A stretch of DNA of 64,000 bases, from the NCBI GenBank assembly GCA_902593795.1, contig CACJJR010000001.1, positions 196,647 to 260,646 on the forward strand. Direction: 5' to 3'. This document shows positions 28,473-36,789 of the stretch, piece by piece. How positions within the stretch are numbered: position 1 is the first letter of the stretch; every line of letters starts with the position of its first letter. The DNA is from an uncultured Candidatus Actinomarina sp. GTDB lineage: Bacteria; Actinomycetota; Acidimicrobiia; Actinomarinales; Actinomarinaceae. The position numbers were made by a program, and so were the translations under genes. Below the pieces are notes generated by a model that ran no database searches, was not told where the DNA came from, and saw only the letters and a list, made by a program, of their open reading frames with translations.

Positions 28473-30554
28473 CTAGAGTTTTCTTGATGAGTTAACTACT
28501 ACAGAGATACTTGAAAGGGCCATTGCTAGAGCAGCTAAATTAGGTGTAATGATGCCTATTACTGCAATGGGGATCATCAAAGTGTTGTAAATAAATGCTA
28601 GAAAGAGGTTTTGGTATATTCTAAGTTTTGATTTTTTAGATAATTTGAATATTTTATTTAAAGTTTCTAAACCACCCTTGTGAATTAAAATATCACCAGA
28701 AACTTGTGCTATTTGACTACTTGAAGATGTAGTTACTCCAACATCTGCTTGCTTGATAGAAGGAGAATCATTAATACCATCACCGATAAAAATAACTTGA
28801 TTGCTTTCTTGCTTGTTTTTTATAAACTCTAATTTTTCTTCAGGATTTTTGCCAAAGTGATATTCATCTACGTTAAGATTGTCAGCAAATTTTTTAACAT
28901 TAATTTCTTTATCACCTGAGAGAATTATTATTTCTTTTTCTAACTTAAGTTCATTCAAAAAGTCTGTTGAAACGGAGGATTCCTCTTCTAAGTAAATAAT
29001 ATAGACTTTCTCATTGATTGTAACCTTTAGAGAGGACTCTTTCGAGTCAACATTATTTTGAATCTTAATATGTTGTCCTTCAACCACTCCTTCTATACCA
29101 ACACCTGATTGTTCTTTAACGTCTTGAGCTGAAAGCAGTGTTATTTCTCTTATCTCGGATTGATAAACTATACTTTTTGCAATCGGATGTTGTGAGAAAT
29201 TCTCAACACTTGCAACCCACTGTAAGAAAATTTCTTCAGACATAATCTCATCTGGCATTTCTATTTTTGTAATTTTAAAAATTCCTGACGAAAGAGTTCC
29301 TGTTTTATCAAAGATCAGTGTATTAATGTCACCAAACTTTTGTAGAATATCAAAATTCTTAAAAAGAAAGCCACGTGCTTTACTTTTTGTTGCTGTTTTA
29401 AATAAAACAATAGGTGTTGCAAGTCCTAATGCGCATGGACATGCAATTACAAGAACAGCAATTGAATTTTTCAATGCTTCTATCAATACAACATCTTGAA
29501 TAAAGTATTTGTATATAAACGTAATAAGACTTATAAATAAGACGCTAGGTACAAAAAATTGTGTAATTTTGTCTAGAGATTTTTGAATTTCTGGCTTTGT
29601 ACCTTGAGCCTTTCTTATCAAATCTTCAATGATGTTATATGTTGATTTTTGGTAAGATTCTTTGACCTCAACTTCGAGACTTCCTTGCAAATTTATACTT
29701 CCCCCTACTACTGCATCACCAATGTTCTTTGGTAAAGGAATTGACTCTCCAGTTAAGAGGCTTTCGTCAACTGTTGTTTCTCCCTTGATAACTTTTCCAT
29801 CAACAGGAATAATTTCACCTGCTAAAACAATAAATACATCTTTGGTTTGCACATCCTTCGTGTGTATTTCGATATTTTCATCATTTCTCTTAACAATTAG
29901 TGTTTTAGGCATTCTGCTCTTAATGGATTCAGAAGTTCTTACAGATTCTTCAATAACCCTGTCTTCAATTGACTTTCCAATAAGTAAAAATGAAATAATA
30001 AATGCTCCGGTATCAAGAAACATTTTATTTTCTCCTGCTGATGAGACCAACTCAGAAGGCAAAATAGAAATTAGTAGAGAGCTCAAGCTCCCTAAAGAGA
30101 TTAAAGTGTCCATGTTAAAATCAAGATTTTTAATTTTTTTATAAGCAGAAATATGAAAATTTCTTCCTAGAAAGAGTACAACAATAAAACCAACAATATA
30201 GGCTACGGTGTCAAACCCTGCTTCAAAAAGATACTTCAGCGATAAAGTCATTATCAAAGAAGTTATGGGTAAAAGTAACTTAAGTTTTATTTTTTTATCT
30301 ACAACTTCATCTGATGCTTCTTTGGCTTTGTAACCAATTTTATTTACAGATTTTATTATTTCTTCTAAGTTATCATTCTCGTCTGTAACATCAACAATTG
30401 CAGATTTTAGAGGAAAGCTTACAGATGCATCTAGAACATTTTTATTTTTAGAAAGAATTCGCTCAATACGTGCTGCACAGGCAGCACAGGTCATTCCATC
30501 AATATCTAGATTTATTGATTTAACTTGACTGGACAACTGTGTAACCTTGCTCAT
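28473..30554 (-). CDS. copA: copper-translocating P1B-type ATPase
   Basis: N-terminal HMA (GMTCAACAARIE), CPC in TM6, DKTGT phosphorylation motif, GDGINDSP. Confidence 0.9.
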   Translation of the reverse strand: MSKVTQLSSQVKSINLDIDGMTCAACAARIERILSKNKNVLDASVSFPLKSAIVDVTDENDNLEEIIKSVNKIGYKAKEASDEVVDKKIKLKLLLPITSLIMTLSLKYLFEAGFDTVAYIVGFIVVLFLGRNFHISAYKKIKNLDFNMDTLISLGSLSSLLISILPSELVSSAGENKMFLDTGAFIISFLLIGKSIEDRVIEESVRTSESIKSRMPKTLIVKRNDENIEIHTKDVQTKDVFIVLAGEIIPVDGKVIKGETTVDESLLTGESIPLPKNIGDAVVGGSINLQGSLEVEVKESYQKSTYNIIEDLIRKAQGTKPEIQKSLDKITQFFVPSVLFISLITFIYKYFIQDVVLIEALKNSIAVLVIACPCALGLATPIVLFKTATKSKARGFLFKNFDILQKFGDINTLIFDKTGTLSSGIFKITKIEMPDEIMSEEIFLQWVASVENFSQHPIAKSIVYQSEIREITLLSAQDVKEQSGVGIEGVVEGQHIKIQNNVDSKESSLKVTINEKVYIIYLEEESSVSTDFLNELKLEKEIIILSGDKEINVKKFADNLNVDEYHFGKNPEEKLEFIKNKQESNQVIFIGDGINDSPSIKQADVGVTTSSSSQIAQVSGDILIHKGGLETLNKIFKLSKKSKLRIYQNLFLAFIYNTLMIPIAVIGIITPNLAALAMALSSISVVVNSSRKL

Positions 30555-30729
30555 CTAGCATCTCAGATACAAGAGATAAGTTTAAGTCACTAGTAGATTT
30601 TACTGCTACTGATTTTTGTTCAATATCTACAGCCACACTTACTACAGATTCAATATTGCCAACAGTTGATTCAATAGTTTCTTTACAATGTCCACAACTA
30701 ATTTCAGGTACGGTGAATTTTGTTTCCAT
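30520..30729 (-). CDS. copZ: copper chaperone CopZ (HMA domain)
   Basis: 69 aa, MxCxHC-type metal site (SCGHCKETIE). Confidence 0.8.
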   Translation of the reverse strand: METKFTVPEISCGHCKETIESTVGNIESVVSVAVDIEQKSVAVKSTSDLNLSLVSEMLDEQGYTVVQSS

Positions 30730-30758
30730 ATGTTTATTTTAATAATGTTAGGTTATAA

Positions 30759-30788
30759 AATAAGCCCCTTTTTAACAAGGGGCTTATT
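30759..30788. promoter_or_regulatory. perfect 12-bp-arm palindrome AATAAGCCCCTT-N6-AAGGGGCTTATT between small CCCH gene and copZ (operator or terminator hairpin)
   Basis: Reverse-complement arms read directly; C4/G4 tracts resemble CsoR-type operators; also foldable as a hairpin. Confidence 0.4.
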
Positions 30789-30790
30789 GA

Positions 30791-30828
30791 AAATCTCTTG
30801 GGGGGGAGATTTCGTTAAGGGGGGTTAA
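30791..30828. promoter_or_regulatory. two tandem G-tract motifs flanked by short inverted repeats (AAATCTCTT-G7-AGATTT; TTAA-G6-TTAA)
   Basis: G6/G7 runs are conspicuous in this AT-rich DNA; architecture resembles RcnR/CsoR type-1 sites. Confidence 0.35.
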
Positions 30829-30831
30829 AAC

Positions 30832-31026
30832 TTAAGCAGTTTCTTGGAGAATTCTGCCTCTTACCCTTGGGTATTTCACTGGAGCGTGATTGAAGCAATG
30901 ATCTCTTTTGTTGTAAATACTAAGTTGAGTGCTGCAAGATTCATCTTTGCATACTCTGCCCTGGTCAAAACTTTTTGATGGCCTAATACCACCTTTAATT
31001 TGACTAGCTTTTAATCCGTCTGTCAT
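30832..31026 (-). CDS. small CCCH zinc-ribbon-like protein (paralog of 54245..54448), unknown family
   Basis: 64 aa; C-x4-C-x12-C-x2-H, shared HAPV.YPRVRG C-terminus and ASQ.K.G.R.SK N-terminus with the dnaK-upstream paralog. Confidence 0.5.
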   Translation of the reverse strand: MTDGLKASQIKGGIRPSKSFDQGRVCKDESCSTQLSIYNKRDHCFNHAPVKYPRVRGRILQETA

Positions 31027-31045
31027 TTTTATCCTTTATATACTT

Positions 31046-31061
31046 TGTGAATATATTCACA
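31046..31061. promoter_or_regulatory. perfect CRP/FNR-type palindrome TGTGA-ATATAT-TCACA
   Basis: Exact match to TGTGA-N6-TCACA consensus, centred ~27 nt upstream of the small CCCH gene start codon. Confidence 0.45.
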
Positions 31062-31091
31062 AGCTTAACACTTTTATTTTAGATGACAACC

Positions 31092-32990
31092 TTATTTTGA
31101 CAAGTTTTTTTGAGACAAAAATGCTTTATCATTCCATTTCCTGCCCAAAAAATTTTTTACCATATATTCTGCAGGTATAGTCCCTCCAGGCTTGAGAATT
31201 TTGTCTTTATATTCAACCCCAACTTTATTTGAAAGAACTCCCTCATTTTCGAACCTACTAAATAGATCATCACCAATAATTTCAGCCCAGATATAACCAT
31301 AATAGGCTGCATCATAGCCACCGAGAAGATGTCCAAATGCTGCTAAGTGGTTTATGTCGTCAGGATAAGCTATGGTAGTTACTTTTTGAGAAGTTTGCTC
31401 AACTTCAATTAGTGAATCGTTAAAGTTTTCACCATGTAAGTGTTGGTCAGCTAGGCCAAATGAAACTTGACGAAGTGTGAGTAAGCTGACACCGATATTT
31501 TTTGATTTATTTAATTTTGCACATATCTGCTCAGATAATGATTCCCCAGTTTCAATATGTTTTGATATTCTTGTTAAGCACTCTACTTTCCATACCCAGT
31601 GTTCCATAATCTGACTGGGTGCTTCAACAAAATCCCATTCACAGTTTGCACCAACAAATCTTGTGTATTTTGATTTACCAATTCCATTATGTAAAACATG
31701 ACCAAATTCGTGAAAAAGAGTTTCAACTTCGTCAAAGGTCATTAATCCATCTCCTGTATTTGGGTTTGGAAAGTTTGCAACCATTGAACATACGGGAAGC
31801 TCCTGTCTTTCTGTTCCACCGGAAGATATATCAAAGACTGCTGCATGTGTAAATTTTCCATCTCTTGGATGAAGGTCTAAATAAAAATAAGCTAATTGTG
31901 GACCATCTTTTTCCCATAGTGACCAAAGTTCTACATCATCATGCCAAGCATTATGGTTTGATTCACGCTTTATTTTTAAATCAAAAACTTCTTCACAGAC
32001 TTTAAACATTTCATTTTTAACATCATGAATATAAAAATATTTTTTTAACTCGCTATTTTCAACGTTGCTTACTTTGGCTCTTTCTGCCGAAACAAAGTAT
32101 CTAATATCCCATGGAGCAATGTCATTAATTTTAATATTATCTATGACAAGCTCATTCTTTTCTTTATCTGCAGCTTTTTGTAATTTTGGAATTAACTCTT
32201 CATACATGGATGAAACATTTGACGGTCCTTTGGCCATTCTATTTTGCAATCTATATTCTGACCATGTATTAAAACCAAACAAATTTGCTTTTTCATTTCT
32301 CAATACCACCGCTTCTTCAAGAATTGGACTGTTTTCTTTAACGGATCGATTATTAAAGGCTTTCCAAACAACTTCTCTTGTTTTTCGCACAGAACAGTTT
32401 TCTGAAACTGCATTTATATCAGGGTAAGCCATTGTTATAACAAAGTTGCTTCCTTCTTTTCTAAGATTTTGAAGTTCGTTTTGACTCAATCCCTTTAGCT
32501 CATTTTCTAAAAACATAAGTTCAGTTTTATCTTTCGCTATATTTTCTGAGAAGGAAATCCCTAATTCAATAAGTTTCTTTTCAATTTCTGTGAGGCGTTC
32601 TTTTTTTTCTGCTGATAGTCCATGACCAGCATCTTTAAAATCTAGTCCTAAATCCTTATGAAATGAAAGATCTTCTTCATCTAAATTTAAAATATCAATA
32701 TCATTGTATTTTTCATAAAGACCTGAATCGTTGAATATTTCAAGTGCAAAATTTTGAATTTTGGAATCTGCTTCGTTACCAAAATCTCTGATTTTTTCAT
32801 CTGGGTGCACATCTCCAAGAAACGCGACTCTTCCAGAAAGATCATAAATCATACTTTCCATATCATTAAAATTATTTAATTTAACTTCTGATGATGCCTT
32901 AAGATCTTTAATTAACTCTTTACATTCAGAAATAGTATTATCTAAATCTTTTCGTAAACTTTCTACTGTTACGTCTGAATAGTTAAACAC
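31092..32990 (-). CDS. M3-family zinc metallopeptidase (oligopeptidase/Dcp-like)
   Basis: HEFGHVLH HExxH motif with downstream Glu, ~630 aa. Confidence 0.8.
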   Translation of the reverse strand: MFNYSDVTVESLRKDLDNTISECKELIKDLKASSEVKLNNFNDMESMIYDLSGRVAFLGDVHPDEKIRDFGNEADSKIQNFALEIFNDSGLYEKYNDIDILNLDEEDLSFHKDLGLDFKDAGHGLSAEKKERLTEIEKKLIELGISFSENIAKDKTELMFLENELKGLSQNELQNLRKEGSNFVITMAYPDINAVSENCSVRKTREVVWKAFNNRSVKENSPILEEAVVLRNEKANLFGFNTWSEYRLQNRMAKGPSNVSSMYEELIPKLQKAADKEKNELVIDNIKINDIAPWDIRYFVSAERAKVSNVENSELKKYFYIHDVKNEMFKVCEEVFDLKIKRESNHNAWHDDVELWSLWEKDGPQLAYFYLDLHPRDGKFTHAAVFDISSGGTERQELPVCSMVANFPNPNTGDGLMTFDEVETLFHEFGHVLHNGIGKSKYTRFVGANCEWDFVEAPSQIMEHWVWKVECLTRISKHIETGESLSEQICAKLNKSKNIGVSLLTLRQVSFGLADQHLHGENFNDSLIEVEQTSQKVTTIAYPDDINHLAAFGHLLGGYDAAYYGYIWAEIIGDDLFSRFENEGVLSNKVGVEYKDKILKPGGTIPAEYMVKNFLGRKWNDKAFLSQKNLSK

Positions 32991-33027
32991 TCAACTCCTT
33001 TAACTTTTTATATGATACTATTTAGTT

Positions 33028-33264
33028 ATGGAAATCAAACTTGAATTTTGTGTAGTTTGAAACTACACACCTCGTGCAGTTGGCACGATTGAAGACGTTT
33101 TAGAAATATATGGAAATAAAGTTACTTCTATTAATTTGATTCCAAGCGGTGGTGGAGTATTTGAATTTCATTTAAATGAAAAATTATTATTTTCAAAAAA
33201 AGAACTTGGAAGACACTCTGATGATGGAGAAATACTAAAACTAATCGAAGAAGAAGTTGGTTGA
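33028..33264 (+). CDS. selW: SelW-like (Rdx family) selenoprotein, in-frame UGA=Sec at 33058..33060
   Basis: MEIKLEFCVV-U-NYTPRAVG: CxxU redox motif; downstream LIPSGGGVFEF...FSKKELGRH matches bacterial SelW-like PGSGG.FE..WSKK..GRFP; 67 stop-free codons after the TGA. Confidence 0.8.
33072..33088 (+). promoter_or_regulatory. bacterial SECIS-like hairpin for the SelW-like gene
   Basis: 17-nt stem-loop tCGTGC-AGTTG-GCACGa beginning exactly 11 nt after UGA, GU in apical loop; fits the E. coli fdhF minimal SECIS geometry. Confidence 0.55.
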
Positions 33265-33995
33265 GTTTTCCATTTGATTTAACTTTTATAGAAGTAACTT
33301 TTATTGCAATATTACTTTTTATCAGCTCCTCAGTTCAAGGTGTTCTAGGTTTTGGCTTTGCGGTCATTGCTTCACCAATCATCATCCAAATCGAGCCTTA
33401 TCTTGTCCCCCAGTTGCTTTCTTTATTGGGATTGCCATTGGCAATTAGAGTTTTTTACAGAGAAAAAGACCAAGTTGACTTTTCTAAGGTTAAGCCACTT
33501 ATATTAGGTCGACTAATAGGCGGACCAATTGGACTTTTATTTCTGTTGAATCTACCTCAAAGATATCTTTCAATCTCTGTAGGTTTTATAGTATTTATAG
33601 CTGGCGTAGGCTCTTTTTTTGGTTGGGTCATAAATAGGAATAATGTAAATTCTTTTTTAGCAGGAACTTTTTCTGGTATTTTTGGAATGATTGCTGCAAT
33701 TGGGGGTCCCCCAGTTGCTTTACTATATAGAAATACCAAATCGCAAGAATTCAGACCATCACTAAACAGTGTATTTAGTATAGGAATTTTAATTACGCTA
33801 TCACTTTTAATCTTTAGCGGTAACTTATTATTGGACCATATAATACTTTTTCTTCTATTCATTCCATTTGTATTGGCCGGAATTAGATTTTCTAGTTCTC
33901 TTTTTTCCAAAGTATCTGATAACTTTATTGCGCAGTCAGTAACTTATTTTTCAATTATTTCTGGTCTTTATGTTATTTTGAGAAACATAAATTAG
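33261..33995 (+). CDS. TSUP/TauE-SafE (DUF81) family membrane transporter
   Basis: Two-repeat 4TM architecture with GxGxxxxP motifs (VLGFGFAVIASP; IAAIGGPPVALL); start overlaps SelW-like stop (GTTGA). Confidence 0.7.
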   Translation: MSFPFDLTFIEVTFIAILLFISSSVQGVLGFGFAVIASPIIIQIEPYLVPQLLSLLGLPLAIRVFYREKDQVDFSKVKPLILGRLIGGPIGLLFLLNLPQRYLSISVGFIVFIAGVGSFFGWVINRNNVNSFLAGTFSGIFGMIAAIGGPPVALLYRNTKSQEFRPSLNSVFSIGILITLSLLIFSGNLLLDHIILFLLFIPFVLAGIRFSSSLFSKVSDNFIAQSVTYFSIISGLYVILRNIN

Positions 33996-34032
33996 TTTAT
34001 TTCAATTAAGGGAATTATTAACATATAAGCAT

Positions 34033-35529
34033 ATGTTTATGAACGCCACTATTGCCGGCTTGCTATATTTCTTAAGTTTTCCTCCATATGATTTTTGGTA
34101 TTTAATTTTCCCCGCACTTTATATTTTTTATTTTTCACTGCTATCAAAAGAAAAGTCTTTTCTATCAGGTTTCATATTTGGGTGTGTTGCGTACGGTGTA
34201 ATTTTATTAGGAATTCAATCAATAGGACTGGAAGCCTGGATTCCACTAACAATTTTAATGGGATTGATGTACGGAATATTCGCAAAACTATTTTCTTATT
34301 TAAACGAAAAATCTGAAAACAATTTTTATGTTTTATTGTCAGTTGTAGCAGTTTTTGATTTACTTAGAGCGTATTTTCCATTTGGAGGTTTCCCTTGGGG
34401 TTTCCCATCAACAGTATTATTAACTGGCCCTATAGACAGCTTTTACATGACAGGTGCTCGTTTATCTTTTGAAGGTTTTGGACCAACGGGAGTCTCTCTT
34501 TTATTACAATCCCTTCCATTAATCATTTCACTCAGAGTCTTTTCAAAAAATAAACAAAAAAATTATTTTAAAAATTACATAATATTTCCATTAGTAGTTT
34601 TTTCAATATACGTTTTCAATCTTATAATCATTGATTTTAATTATCAGGATTCTGATACAGAAACATCAGAACTAAACATCGCAATCGTTCAAGGCAACAG
34701 TCCGTGTCCTGGTGCAAAAAACAGATGTACTAATGAAAGGCAAAAAATCTATGATAGCCATTTAACCCAAACTCAATCTCTTGATGGGAATTTTGATCTT
34801 ATAGTTTGGCCTGAAAGCTCAACAGGATTTAACAATGATCCTGGAATACATAGTAGAGTTCAAAACGATATTTCTACTCAAGCTTTGCGATTAGATTCAT
34901 TTTTTTTAATAGGAGGAGACAGACCTGTACAAAACCAATATTTTGAAAATTATGGAATCTTTATAAATCAAGATGGTGAGATTGTAGACCAGTATTTAAA
35001 ACAGCACCCTGTTCCCTTTGGAGAGTATATTCCATTTAGAAAATATTTAGATTGGATTCCCCCATTAGCATTAGTTCCTCGTGACATGATTAGGGGCGAT
35101 GGTCAAAAAATATTTATAGTAAACGATACAAAAATTTCAACTGTTATTTCATTTGAAGGTTCGTTCCAAAGATATATTCGAAACAGTGTCCAGGATGGTG
35201 CAGAATTAGTTGTAATCCTTACTAACCAAGCAAGCTACGGAGAGAGCGGCATGTCAGATCAATTTATATTAATGTCTAGGGCAAACGCAATTTCAAACGG
35301 TAGGCCGATTGTACACGCAGCAATAACTGGTAAATCAGCATTTATTGACCATAAGGGAAAAGTAATTTCCAAAACTGAATTATTTGAAACAGTAGTACTG
35401 ACTGAAAAAATTCACGCAAAACAGAAAGAAACTCCTTACAGCAAATATGGAAATTATTTAAATTATATTTTTATAGCATTTGGAGCAATCAGTCTTTTGT
35501 GGCCAAAGAATATATTGAAAAAAATTTAA
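34033..35529 (+). CDS. lnt: apolipoprotein N-acyltransferase
   Basis: N-terminal multi-TM domain plus C-terminal CN-hydrolase domain (E..K..C-type triad region, VWPES). Confidence 0.8.
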   Translation: MFMNATIAGLLYFLSFPPYDFWYLIFPALYIFYFSLLSKEKSFLSGFIFGCVAYGVILLGIQSIGLEAWIPLTILMGLMYGIFAKLFSYLNEKSENNFYVLLSVVAVFDLLRAYFPFGGFPWGFPSTVLLTGPIDSFYMTGARLSFEGFGPTGVSLLLQSLPLIISLRVFSKNKQKNYFKNYIIFPLVVFSIYVFNLIIIDFNYQDSDTETSELNIAIVQGNSPCPGAKNRCTNERQKIYDSHLTQTQSLDGNFDLIVWPESSTGFNNDPGIHSRVQNDISTQALRLDSFFLIGGDRPVQNQYFENYGIFINQDGEIVDQYLKQHPVPFGEYIPFRKYLDWIPPLALVPRDMIRGDGQKIFIVNDTKISTVISFEGSFQRYIRNSVQDGAELVVILTNQASYGESGMSDQFILMSRANAISNGRPIVHAAITGKSAFIDHKGKVISKTELFETVVLTEKIHAKQKETPYSKYGNYLNYIFIAFGAISLLWPKNILKKI

Positions 35530-35563
35530 AAAAGCCTATCTATGAAACTTGTTAGGGATTAAT

Positions 35564-36775
35564 TTATATTTCAGAATCAATTATTGGCAAGCCTCTTGCA
35601 GCAGCAGCTTCCACTGTACCGTCTTGAAATGCTCTTAGTCCAAACTTTGGTAAAACTGCAAAAATATGATCAAATATATCAGATTGTATACCTTCGTATT
35701 CAACCCAATCAATTGTATTTGTAAAGGTATAGAGCTCTAAAGGAACTCCTGTGGTAGTAGGCGAAAGTTGCCTTACTAGTAAAGTCATCGTTTCTGTATT
35801 GAGACCATCATGATTTTGTAAATACTTCACAAGGTATGCTCTAAAAGTTCCTAGGTTCGTGAGCTTTCTTTTTTCTTTTGCTTCATCTACCAAAGAGTTG
35901 AATTTTTCAATATCTTTTATTTTTTCAGAGAGATATTTATTTATAGTCGGTATTTTCATTAGCTTATCGATATCTTTTTGCTCCATAAACCTAACACTCG
36001 AAATATCTATGGAGATTGATCTTTTAATTCTTCTTCCCCCATACTCTGACATTCCTCTCCAGTTTTTTACAGATGTGGTGACGATCTTTGATGTAGGAAT
36101 CGTTGTGATGGTTTTATCCCAGTTTTGGACTTTAACTGTATGTAGGGCAATATCTATAACATCACCATCAGCACCATATTCTGGAACCTCAATCCAGTCT
36201 CCATTATTAATAATGTTATTCTGGCCAATCTGTACAGATGCTATAAATGATAAGATTGTGTCCTGGAACACTAACAATAGAACTGCAGTAAGGGCACCTA
36301 AGCCACTAATGTAGTAACTAACTGGCTGACCAGTCATAATTGCAAAAATAATTATGAATATAAAAGAGTTAACAACAATTTTAATAATTTGAACGTAGCC
36401 CTTAATTGGCTTATTTTTAAGTGATTTAATATTTTCTGAAACCTTATTTAACACATTCAACATTTCAAGAAGGGTAAGGCCAACGAATAATGTTAAAAGG
36501 GCACTAGAAACTCTTTTAGAAATTTCAGTATTAAATATTTCTAAATTGAACTGGGGTGTAGCAATTAAAAAATTAAATAAAACAAGAACGAATACATAAG
36601 AAACTCTATTTAAAAATTTTTTATCTAGGAATAGGTCGTCTATGTATGTACTTGTTTTACTGGCACCACGTTTAATTATTGGAAAAACTACTGATCGCAT
36701 TATTAGATAGGAAGCAGTAAGAATTCCTACTAAATAGGCAAGTGTAAGCAAGACTGAAGCTGTTAAATTATTCAC
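35564..36775 (-). CDS. mechanosensitive channel, MscS family
   Basis: N-terminal TMs followed by MscS beta-domain signature (pore-lining TM3 with Gly/Ala pattern, DGDVIDIAL..V). Confidence 0.8.
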   Translation of the reverse strand: MNNLTASVLLTLAYLVGILTASYLIMRSVVFPIIKRGASKTSTYIDDLFLDKKFLNRVSYVFVLVLFNFLIATPQFNLEIFNTEISKRVSSALLTLFVGLTLLEMLNVLNKVSENIKSLKNKPIKGYVQIIKIVVNSFIFIIIFAIMTGQPVSYYISGLGALTAVLLLVFQDTILSFIASVQIGQNNIINNGDWIEVPEYGADGDVIDIALHTVKVQNWDKTITTIPTSKIVTTSVKNWRGMSEYGGRRIKRSISIDISSVRFMEQKDIDKLMKIPTINKYLSEKIKDIEKFNSLVDEAKEKRKLTNLGTFRAYLVKYLQNHDGLNTETMTLLVRQLSPTTTGVPLELYTFTNTIDWVEYEGIQSDIFDHIFAVLPKFGLRAFQDGTVEAAAARGLPIIDSEI

Positions 36776-36789
36776 ACATTAATCCTAGT

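Noticed and set aside
30759-30788. Palindrome considered as a plain rho-independent terminator for the upstream small gene
   Set aside because: Not rejected outright. The T-run on the transcribed (minus) strand is weak (ATTTTAT), and only about 30 nt would remain for a copZ promoter. An operator role is at least as plausible, so it is reported as ambiguous.
30832-31026. Small Cys-containing proteins (here and at 54245..54448) considered as WhiB-family regulators
   Set aside because: They have only three Cys plus one His in a C-x4-C-x12-C-x2-H pattern. They lack the C-x2-C-x5-C spacing and the G[VI]WGG turn of Wbl proteins.
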